A DNA stretch of 64,000 nucleotides from Heteronotia binoei (Eukaryota). Position numbers and translations under genes: made by a program. The notes beneath the pieces were generated by a model. That model made no database searches and was not told where the DNA came from. It was given only the letters and a program-made list of their open reading frames with translations. Each line of letters starts with the position of its first letter. Position 1 is the first letter of the stretch. This document shows, piece by piece, positions 11,602-23,600 of the stretch. The stretch lies in assembly GCF_032191835.1 (NCBI RefSeq), contig NC_083233.1, positions 49,290,001-49,354,000 on the forward strand, read 5' to 3'.

Positions 11602-14600
11602 GTAAGTAGCTTTTCTTTTTCTTAACTTCAGGATGATGCAAAAGGATGCTGTGTCTCCCTTTCTATAGGATGAGCAGTTGATTTACAGAGAACTCAGTCC
11701 CAGTGGGAAGTGGCAAGAACCTCACTGTAATGTATGGGAGTCAAGGTGGACTGAGGGTGGGCTCAAATCTATGCTCTGCTATTAAGTTTGCCTGGTAACC
11801 TGTTGGTCCAGTTACAGTTTCTCACAAGGTTGTTTTGAGAGATCCATGTGTGCTGCTCCAACCAACTTAAAGGAAGGGAGAATAAAGATTAACTAAATTG
11901 AGGGAGCCCTGTAAAGGCATTTCTTTCTCAGTAGGGGAGCTTGCACAGGGCAGCTTCCTGCTAGAGTGGGATGCTCCTGGGCTTGAAGAGGCAAAAGGCA
12001 GTACATAGACAGTACCACAGAGTTGCATTCATACAACTCATCTCCCCGGGGGGCTTTCCTTCTCTAGTCTGTACTCCTGTGCACTTCAGTGAGATCTCCA
12101 GGCTTTATTCAGCCTGTCCCCCTTTCCAGCCCCCCACCCCTCCAGCAGGCACTACATTTGAGGTTCCCTTGTGGGTGCAAGTCACTAGCTGTATTCCCTC
12201 TAAGCTGCTTTAGCGTGAGCTAGCTCACAGATTTTTTAGCCTCCAGTTCACATGTTTTTGTCTTTGCTCAGGGAGGATGGCCCCAGAGCACACTAATTAA
12301 TGCAGTAGCTCACAACTTTAATGCTAGTAGCTCACAAAGTAGAAATTTTGCTCACAAGACTCTGCAGCTTAGAGGGAACATTGGTCACATTGTTCTGCAC
12401 CAGAGAGCAGGGGCACTTGCTTTCCTCTCATCTCAGCTTGTTGAGGAGCTGAATTGACTTTTCCTTTAACAGTGGTTTAGCTGGAATATTTACTGCTAGG
12501 TGTACACCTAGCTATCACTAGCGAAATGTGAGTAGTGTGATTTTAGAAGCACTTCCCAAAGTGACATCCACTGCAAACACCCAGGCAGAAAGAAGAATCT
12601 GCAAGTATGGCTATGCAGACAAGAATAGTCAGTGATCTTGGCTAGGGGCAGATGGATGGTCTAAACCTGGGGCTTGGGTCTTTGGCACGCTTTGATCTGC
12701 AAGTGCTCGGCTGATCGGAAGGATGCCGTTGAGTGGGAGTGGAGCAGGAAGGCAATGTGTGGATGTTCCTCTTTGTGGGCAGGTTGCATAGAATTAACTA
12801 GTTACTAGAAGATGCTTTACAAGGTCAGCAGGCAGGTGATCTTGCATGCCAAAGGACCCAGCTATAGTCCAGCAGTCAACTTTTTCAACTGGAAGTAAAA
12901 CAAGGTGGTAATGGGGTGGGGGGGAGGTTTGACCTTGGGAAAGCAGTTTTCCTAAGGGCTGTGTCCTCTCTGCTGCTTTGCCCTCCTCACATTTCAAAAC
13001 CGCACATATACTAGGATGCAAGCAAATAAGAACAACTAGCAGATTTGATTTGTAATATATTTTTATTAAATTTCATATTGAAGACAACCAAATATATGGA
13101 AAGAGCCTTTGAATGCCATCCTTTTTTTGGGGGGGGGAGAATCTTTTATTTAAGAAGACATGGGGGCACATAAAAAAGGTAAAGGGAAAAATTGTTAAAC
13201 AAAGGTTTAAAAAGTAAGCATTTGTCGAGGATAATCATATAATACAAAATGTATAAGACAGAAAATGTTTTCCCTTACATCCCCTTTTGAAGACCCTAGT
13301 GACTTCTCCGCTCAGTTATACAAGCCCAATGTAGAATGATTCTTCCATCTTTTGTTACGGAGGGAACCAAAAGTATCTCCTCACCCTGCCCCATGTGATT
13401 GAGCAAGGCTCCCAAATGTACTTTCTTAAGTGTCTGCGAGGTAATTTGTGAACAGTGACTATGCATCACACACTGTTTCACACATATTCATGTCATTTTA
13501 TGAACTTCCAGACTGGATTGTCCTTTTGGTGGCAGGCTGCTCCTCTTTTGCAGTCTACTTTCCATTATTTCTCCATAATCCCCCTTTTAAATTTGTTGTC
13601 CTACAAGGACTTGTGCTCCTTCACTGTGCAAAGGTGAAACCTGTTTTTTTAAAGCCAGGAATAGCAGTGTGGTTTCTCTCCCTCTATACATGCAGAATGG
13701 CTATATCCACCCAGCAAGCCTCATTTTGTCGTCCCTCCCACTACACTATGCCCAGCCTATTGGACTGGAGAGTTTCATATATGTGATTATCTGGAAAGGC
13801 CAGTGGCTCATCTAGCCCCTTCTGGCAACTTATAAAGAATGCTGGGCTAGAAAGATGTGAGGGTGATGCAGCCCCGAAAGATACTCCTGAGGTTTTTATG
13901 CAAGAGCAAAACTCAGGATCATGTAATCCAGAGTAGTAAGGCGTTAACTGTTTTGTAATCCAGAGTTGGCACTGTAAATCCACATAAGCAAACCAAGCAG
14001 GGAACAAATTTTTTTTAGAAAGAATATAAAGCAAGCAAAGGTTGATGTTAGCCTACCATTGGAATATTCCAGACCACCCCCATGATCAAAGTTAAAACAC
14101 ATCCTCCATTTAAGGCTAGAGTTACTCTGTGTTGGAAAATACCTGGAGACTTTGGGGTGGGAGTTGGGCTTGGGAGGGGCCTCAGCATGGTACAATGCTA
14201 TAGAGCCCAACCTTCAAAGCAGCCATTTTCTCCAAGGGAGCTGATCTCTGCCAGCTGGAGATCAGCTGTAAAAGTGGGAGATATCCAGGCCCCACCTGGA
14301 GGCTGGCAACCCTATTTAAGGCCCATATGGCTTATGATAAACTTCCCTTTGTTTTGTTGTCTGACGAAACCTCATAAATTTCCTCCCCAAATAAATCCAT
14401 ACTGGGTGTTGAGTCTGTGGGCTTCCCAGGGACCAGGAGGGCTGGGGCAGACAGGTGGTGGGGTCTTATGAGTGGTCTCTGAAGGGGTCTTGGCCAAAGA
14501 TATTAGACACTTTCATGCTAGGAGGGGGGCTTTTACAAGGATCAGGAAAGTTTAATTCTTAGACTTTGGCCCCAAAAGAGAGGAATTCATTGATTTCAGG

Positions 14601-17600
14601 TGGTTAGGATGCCACCCAGAAATTATTTTATATGTTCTCTTTTCAGCTTCAATAAAATCATGTTGAGTTGTGACAATTACTTCCCTGCTGATGCAGTTAG
14701 CCCAATATGAGCCAGGGTGGGGTAGTGGTTAGAGTGTCAGACTAGGATGTGGGAGACCCAGGTTTGAATCCCTGGGGTGAATACTCTGGGGTGAAAGCTC
14801 ACTGAGGGGGGCCTTACTCAGACACATACTCTCAAACTAATCTGCTACACAGGGTTTTTGTGATGATAAAATCAAAGAGAACGATGTAAGTCACTTTTGG
14901 TCCCCATTGGAAAGAAAGGCAGGATACAAATGAAGTAAATAACAGTTTTAAAATATAATTTTCTGGACCACATTGGCTCCAGTCCAAGGCAGAAACCACA
15001 CTAAAAACTAAGAAGTCAAGGAGTGCTTCACCATTTGGATCTGCTTCCCAATAATCCAGGTGCGTAGCCAGATTTATATGCAGTAGCAAAATAAAACATG
15101 TGTCCAGTGGCACCAGGAGGGCTGGAATGTGCTTTGTTAGTCTTTAACTTGTAATTGGGCTGCAGTTTTATTTTGCTTTAAAAACATTTTTAAATTCAGT
15201 TATTTGTATGAATTGATAAGAAGTAAAGTTCTGTGTTGCATTAACAAAAGACTGATATGCCCATTTTCCTTTTCCGTCCTGATTTTTTGGGTAAAGGTCC
15301 ACATACTTTTAAATTGTTGCATCTACTTTTAACATAGTAACTTTCACCAAAATGTCACACCAGCTCTGTGCTTTCAAGTCTCTGCTAGAGGATATGGAGC
15401 CAGGTCTAGAAAGGAGACGTTAACAGTATAGTCATCTAGCTAACTGGGTGTAACTGCTGACATCGTTCATTCATGCTGACTCAAAGCATATCTTGAACTG
15501 CAAAGCCACAAAATGGCCTTTGCTTCCTGAGCCTGTGGAAACTAGGGTTACCAAGTCTGTGTTGGAAAATACCTGAAGACTTCAGGGGTGGAGCCAGAAG
15601 AGGGTGGGGTTTGGGAAGGGGAGGGGCCTAAGCATGGCACAATGCTATAGAGTCCATCCTTCAAAGCAGCCTTTTCCTCCAGGGCAGCTGATCTCTGCCA
15701 GCTGGAGACCAGTTGTCAAAGAGAGAGAGCTCTCCAGGTCCCACCTGAAGGCTGGCAACCCTAGTGGAAACAGGCTTCTTAGACATACTCTTTTTGTGGG
15801 TCACTGTCGCAGGAGATTTTAGGGGTGGTGGGTATGTGGGAATGGCTTTTGCTATTTATTCATAAGAGAAGCTTGTGAATTGTCTTTTTGCATTATTAAA
15901 ATTAATAGGGTATGATAAACAAAACAAACAACAACAACAATCCTATTGTTACATTTATGTTCACAGAGAATGCCAACAAAATTGGCATGATTGTTGCTTG
16001 GCTGCCCTAAATTCCTGCTCTGATCTAGCTGTCTCTGCATCTCTTTTAATTTCAGTTCGCACCCCAGACTGTAAACAATACTGGTTTCTCCTGATTGCTT
16101 CTATGAAGAGCATCTGAAACAGAAACACAGAGCAAAATATCAGGTGCAGGACCCTGCAGACCTGGATTGTAGCCATGGTTGATTTAAATTAGGCTGCTAT
16201 CAGAAGTCAGTCAGAATGCATGTCCCTCTACGGCTCTAAAACCTGTTAAGGAGAGCTGAGCTCAACAAGAACTAGATCTCCAGAGTGGTTGAGGTGTGAC
16301 CCACAAAAAGAGTTTGTTCTGCTTTAAAGACTTCCACAACTGTGCAAAGAGAGGGAGGGGACATGTGGGTGGGGGGCTTGCTTCTTTCTCTGTCTGGCCT
16401 CATATCCTTGCTGACCACTTAGCAAGAATAAATTCTCAATGCCTGACAGTATCCTTCATTTTCTTCCATCAGAAACAAAATCGGCCCTCCACCTGGGGGT
16501 TTCTTCTTCAGCCATGAACGCCTCCCCTAATCACAGCTCTGTTGTGGTCACCCTTGAGGATCGGGACCTCTGGAACAAGTTTCACCAAGTGGGAACTGAG
16601 ATGATTATCACAAAGTCTGGACGGTGAGCCAGCTCTTTAGATGGACTGAAAGCTATAAAACCACTCAAAGATTACAATGCTGATCTCTTTCCATCATAAA
16701 CCAAATTATCCTTGTTGAGGGAGTAACATTATCCTTTGGTCATCTTGTAATCACCCTTTATTGTATACACTTGATTATGAGTTCAGAATTTCAGGCTCTA
16801 CTTAATGTCATTTTAAAATTGTATTTTATTTATATGCATAAAGACACAAAGCCAGTGCCTAATCAGATGCCAGAAAAAATGTAACATTTAGAAAGTGTAA
16901 TTAAAATGCAAACATAAAGCCCTGTCAGTGAAAAAGCACAATTAAAACAATAAACATAATTCTAGAACAGCAACAACAAACCCCAAAGAGAGGAAAAACT
17001 AAAATCATCCCCCACCCCCAAAATACTGATTAAGGATATTCCTCAGGTACCTCTACAAACTGTAAATGTTGTAGACATCAAATGTTACGCTGTAAAAAGA
17101 TGGGGGGGGGGATCCTCAGGAATGTGCACATAAGCAGTTTCACCTTAAGATGACCAAAATATTATGAAATTAATGGGAACTAAAAATGGAGGTAACCCTG
17201 TTGATCCAAAGCAACATCCAAAAGCAAAACATCCATTATTATGTTCTTGTAGAGTTTTCAAGGCAAGAGAGGAACAAAGGTGGTTTGCCATTGCCTGCCT
17301 CTGCATAGTGACCCTGGAATTTCATGGAGGAATCCTATCCCTTTTGATTTTTTGCAGAACTCTTAATCAGGCTGGGTATTAAAAACAAAAGGGGGTGGGG
17401 AGGAGAATAGAAAAAAGATCCCTCAGCCGGTCATGTTCTGAATGTGTCCTTTCTCCTCCTCCTCCTCCTTTTACAGTTTTACCGTTTAAACCTGAGAGAT
17501 CTTTCCTCTTACACTTTTTAAACATCCAGTCTGATATTTTGGAGAAATCAAAACCTTGCACACTGCTGTGTTAATTTGGTTGGTCTTAATAAAATGCATT

Positions 17601-20600
17601 ACATGGCTTCTGGTTTAGAATTAATGTAAAGGGGAATCTCCAGAGTAGCCGTTTTCTCTCTCTGCTAAAACTGAAATTTAAACAATCAATAGAATTTTGC
17701 TTTTCCTTTGGCAAGTCCAAAGCAGTCTGAGTAGCAGACAGCAGACTAGCATTTTTGATTTTTAATACACTTGCAGTACAAACATTTAATTATTTTCATT
17801 TTTAATTCACCTGCAGTACCCAAACTTTAATTCATTTGTAGTACCCAAGTGAAGGGTATGGAGATAAACCTGGGCCTAAAGAGGCCAAACTAAAAACAAC
17901 TAGAGAACAGGCCTTCTCTATAAAAGCACCCCAATGGTGGAACCAGCTGCCGGAAGAGGTGCAGGCCCTGCGGGATCTTGGCCAATTCCGTAGGGCCTGC
18001 AAAACCGCCCTCTTCCGGCTAGCTTTCTAAGATGGAGCTTGGAATAAACACCACGCCATCATTAACATTAACATAACTGAGATAATAGCACTATTAGATT
18101 ATATTTTTAGACTGTTTTTAGATTATTTAAATATTTAATTGTTATCTGTATTGAATTGTATAATCTTGTTTTATTGTTTTAACATGGCTTTTATCATGTC
18201 CTGTAAGCCGCCCTGAGCCTCCCTCGGCGGGGNNNNNNNNNNNNNNNNNNNNNNNNNNNNNNNNNNNNNNNNNNNNNNNNNNNNNNNNNNNNNNNNNNNN
18301 NNNNNNNNNNNNNNNNNNNNNNNNNNNNNNNNNNNNNNNNNNNNNNNNNNNNNNNNNNNNNNNNNNNNNNNNNNNNNNNNNTTCTTAAATTGCCCTGACC
18401 TGGATATTCCCAGGCTAGCCCAGTCTCATCAGACCTCAAAAGCTAAGTGGGGCTGGCCATGGCTAGTATTGGGATGGGATCCCTCCATGGAATTCCAGGG
18501 TCACTATGCAGAGGCACGCAATGGCAAACCACCTTTGTTCCTCTCTTGCCTTGAAAACTCTACAAGAACATAAGAGAAGCCATGTTGGATCAGGCCAATG
18601 GCCCATCCAGTCCAACACTCTGTGCCACACAGTGGCCCAAAAAACCAAGTGCCATCAGGAGGTCCACCAGTGGGGCCAGGACACTAGAAGCCCTCCCACT
18701 GTGCCCACCCCCCCAAGCACCAAGAACTCACCATAACTCAGCTGTGACAGCATTTTCTACCACCACCACCACCACCACCACCACCACCACCACTCTTGTA
18801 TTATTGAGACTAGACTGCTTCTTCTTTACAGTTTTGGAAGGGAAACTTGCTGTGGTTCTTTGCTGTAGTTCGAGGAGGAACCCCTCCCCCCAAGTTCTTA
18901 TTAGGCACTTTTAACAGTCATGAGGACTAGTACCTTGTTTTAAATAAAATGAAAGTTGCATCTGACGACCCCATAACCTGTGTGCAAAAGCCATCTACTT
19001 TGCTTTAAATATAGTTATATCAGTCCAAAAGTAGGGTGGGTAACAAGAAAAGTCTTGGCTGGTATCTGTTGCAGAAAGTTCTCCATCAGGATCCAGGGTC
19101 CCTTTTAAAAGCATAATACTGTTATTTCTATCGATGTTTTTGTTTCCTTCTGCAGACGAATGTTCCCACAATGCAAGATCAGAGTCTCTGGCTTGATCCC
19201 TTATGCCAAATATCTGATGCTTGTAGATTTTGTGCCAGTAGACAACTTCAGGTACAAGGTAAATACTTTTTCACAGTTGGATGAATATCATCCTATAAAC
19301 CACCAGCTAGCTACAAAACCAGAGAATCTGACTGACCTTCATCCAAAGAGGGCTCAGCTTATCGGGGGAGCTAAGTTCAAGACTTTTGGTCTAGCACCCC
19401 TGCCCCTTACTAGCTGCTTGTCTTGCAACACATCTTGGTGCTTTCCTCCCTTTCAGTGGAACAAGGACCAATGGGAAGTGGCTGGCAAAGCAGAGCCTCA
19501 GCTTCCCCGGCGGACATATGTGCACCCTGACTCTCCTGCCCTGGGCAGTCACTGGATGAAGGAACCCATCTCCTTTCAGAAGCTCAAGCTGACCAACAAC
19601 ACCTTGGACCAACAGGGTCATGTAAGCTGGGATCTGGAGTAAGGTGGGAGATTAAACGGTGGGGTTGGGGACAGCATCTGGACGAAAAAGCCAACATGCT
19701 TCCCCCCACCTACTGCCACAGAGGAATGTGGGAGGGGGGTCACAAGACTAATGGAAATAGACATGAGAGCATGGCTACCTTTCCACTCCATGGCCTAACA
19801 TGACACCCCAAATCCTGAGCCTAAGGCCACTCTTTCTGTCCAGTGGCAGTTCAGCTTTGCTTACAACAGCAGTATCTTTGGGCTATGCCATGCTAAGTGA
19901 GGAATGTTCTTGACTGAGAGGTCTCTAGCTGCTGACCCTCTCGTTCCTTGATTCATGTTTTTTGTTTTCTCTACATTACATATATCGGATCTTCAGCATT
20001 GCTCTTTGATCCTCTGTATTTTTTGTGGTGGTGGTGGTAGTGGTTGTTTTTCTGGACCAAATCAGTGTCTTTCCCCAGCCCCGCTTTAAGCAAAGCTCTG
20101 CCAAAAACACTTCAACCTGCGTGCCCTTTTTGTGCTCAGGGGTCTCTTGTAACAAGGTTCAGTCCTGAACCACTTACACATTTATTCAAAAGTGCTTCTG
20201 AGAACAAGCATTTGTCTCCCACTAAGGGAACAAGATTCGCCCAGCAGAGAGTTTTCTTCTGTCCTTTGGCTACAGGGCCACAGCCAGGATTTCATGTTTG
20301 GTGGGGCCCACAGCAGCATTTTTTGTTTAGGGGGCCACCCACTTTGACCCTAAACACTTTATCTGCTTCTCAAGTGTCTAATTCAGTAAACCTTCCAGGG
20401 GGATCTTGTTAACCGGTTTTGGGGCTAGCAGCCCTTGACCCTCAACAATTTTACCAGGCTGAGACTTCTTTGCTCAAAATCCAAAGGTTTATTTGTACAT
20501 TTGCAAATGGGAGAGAAAAAGATTTCAGGCTGAACTCTCCTTCTCTCTGTCGTCTCAGCATAAGCTACTGTTTTTAAAAGCATTTTCCCCCCTCCCCTTT

Positions 20601-23600
20601 TCCTGCTCCTGTGACCAAACCAGCCAGCAGGATTCACAATCTGACCCCTCCCGAGCGCAAAGAAGCATTTCCCCCCCTCCCTTCCTTAAATGAAAGCACA
20701 GACAGGTACTGAGCACATTACCTCATTTTGCTAATTGGCTAGGGCTTCTTCTGCCCAGCTAGATAACGCTTCCCGTCCTAGCAAACTTTATAAAGTTTCT
20801 TTTCCCACAAAGTGGTGGGCCTCTAATCTGAGATACGCATGCTCAAAAGGCATCCCGTTCTGGCAAACCCTCAACCTCCTCTGCATTCTGAACTTTTTTA
20901 CCTTTGAGTTGTCAAGGCAACTCTACTCCCCCTATGCAAGATGTTTTTCGTTGTGCCATTCCCAGATCAGAGCCAAACTCCCTATAACCCTATGTGCACA
21001 GATATAACAGGCCATCATACAAAAGTTCCAATATATATATATATGAATATTTACATTTGGAGCTTTCCTGAATGAGCCAGACCTTTTGGCCTTAATTATT
21101 CCAACAATCTGACTGCAAGTAGACTTTTCCCCCAACCCCATGCTGATCTGAAGCCCCTCCCTGCTGATGTCTCTGGCCAGGCAAAAGCGAAGCCTCCTTC
21201 CTGCCCTCCCAGAAGAAACTGCCCACCTCCCCCCGCCCCCAGATTCCAAGGCTGCCTCTAACCACCAAAGATCCAGCTAGCAGGGGCTTGTTTCTGTTCC
21301 AAGGAAGGCTAGGGCTGGCCCTAGTCTGTCTGGCAACCTAGGCCAGGCTAACGTCCCCCACACTGATAACATCACCAAGTCACATGGGGGGGCACCCAAT
21401 TTGGCACCGCCAGAAGGCCAGCGCCCTGGGCAATTGCCTAATTTGGCTAGTGGGAGGAAGGCTTCCTCCCTTGGCACTTCAGCATTTGGAGGGTCTCTCT
21501 CTTTCCCAGAGCTCTTCTGTGCAAGTGTGGCACTGGCAAGGTGATCCCAGGAGTGAGTCCCATCCCAGTGCTGGGGAGGGCCAACAGCTACAGCAGCCAC
21601 AGGTGCCCAGTCAGAGCATGCTGCACTTGTTCAGAGCAGTGGTGAGTGGTAGTGAGCAAAGGGGGCAGATTGGAGGCCCTCCAATGGAGGAGCCATAAAG
21701 ATGGAGGGGGGGTTGAATGGAGAGGTCTGCCCCCCCTGGGCCCCACTGTAGCAAAGGGCCTGTTTGGCTAGCAGTTGGCCTGACCTTGACCCATTGACTG
21801 ATCAGGTCTCTACCCACTCACATACAACAAATACTAAGCAAAGGTAAACTGTGAGTGCCTCTTTGCTTCCAGAAATGGGAGAGTTGGCATCCTCTGGCAG
21901 CTCTTCCAAAGAGGAAAAGGACCTATGTGCCTCCTTGGGCACTTTCCCGACCAGCAAGCAAGGCTAGCCCAGAAGGTGATCCTGAGGTGAGACCTCTGTG
22001 TGCAGCCCCATCTCTCTTCTGCTTCCAGACTGTCCTTCACTCGATGCACCGCTACAAGCCTCGCTTCCACGTCATGCAAGCAGATGACCCCTTCAGCACC
22101 CGCTGGAGCCCCTTCCAGACATTCAGCTTCCCAGAGACAGTCTTCACCTCTGTCACTGCATACCAAAATGAGAAGGTCTGTGTCTGCATGAATGTAGCCC
22201 ATGCTGGTCTTCCCCTCATATATACAAAATAGAGAGAGGAGGGAGGGTGGTGAGTTTCCCTGTGTACAGGCTGTGGAGGAGGGGCTGTGGCTCAGTGGTA
22301 AAGCATCTGCTTGGTGTGCAGAAAGTCCCAGGTTCAGTCCCTGGCATCTCCAGTTAAAAAGGTCAGGTAGCAGGTGATGTGAAAGACCCCTGCCTGAGAC
22401 CCTGGAGAGCCAAGTTTGGCCACCCCTGATTTATAGCCTGCTTGATTTTGGTGGCTCGAGGCAGCTTACAAATACAAATTTATAACATACAACATACAAT
22501 ACTTCCAGTTCCCCCCTTTTAAAAAGACCTGTAGCCTGCACTCTGTTAAAGGCCCTAACAAATAAAATGACCTTGTAGTGCTTCCAGAAAAACTTTGGAG
22601 ATACTCCCCCCACCCTCACATTCCTAGGGAGCTCATTCCATTAGGTGAGAACAATCACAAAAAGCATGGGCTTTTGTCAGTGCCAGGCAGGTTACCTTGA
22701 GTGGGGCACAGGCAGTGGGTGGCAATCTGGGGACTGTAATTGATGCACGTGGAGATATATGGGGAGAGATGGTCTTTTAGGTTGGTTCTGATGGTTTTTC
22801 CCCCCCAGTTTAAGTCCTGTGTTTAAAATGGACAGTGAACATAACTCTGTTGAAAACCTGTGCTCAAAGCTTCAGCAATTTGAAGCCCTCTGGATGGACT
22901 CAAAGATATCAATGTGCTCAAACCATTGCTGCTGTGGCAGCCATTTTAATATCTGAGCATGGCATTTGAGTCCTGTGCCAGCAGAAAACCTGATACCCCC
23001 CCCCCCCTCTTCAGTGTATGAAGCTAGACGTGGCCTTATCCAGTTACCTTCAGACCTTTCTGCCAGAAACAGGTGCCTCAGAGTATTCCAGGTCCCAGGT
23101 TCAATCTCTGGCATCTTCATTTAAAAGAATCAGATAGGAGACAGTGTGAAAGACCTCTGCCTGAGACCATGTAGAGAACATAAGAACAGCCCTGCTGGAT
23201 CAGATCAGTAGTCCATCTAGTCCAGCATCCTGCCTCACACAGTGGCCAACCAGTTCCTCTGGAGGGCCAACAACAGGGCATAGAGGCTGCGGCCTTCCCC
23301 TGATGTCGCCTCCTGCCACTAGGATTCACAGACTGACTGCCCCTGAAAGTGGGGGTTCCCATCAGTCACCATGGCTAGTAACCACTGATAAACCTATCCT
23401 ACATGATTCTGCCTATTCCTGTGGCCATGACCACACCCTCTGGTAGTGAATTCCACATTTTAATCACTTTCTGTGTAAAGATGTATTTCTGCTGCCAGTT
23501 TGCGTAGACAAGACTGACCTTCATGGACCAACGGTCTAATTCAGTATAAGGCAGCTTCATGTGTTCATGTGTGCTTATCCCTTAATAAAGCTGTGCAAGG

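Noticed and set aside
12189-12383. Regularly repeated AGCTCAC units as a CRISPR-like or satellite array
   Set aside because: They are internal repeats of a dispersed TIR-bounded MITE in a vertebrate genome; there are no spacers or cas genes.
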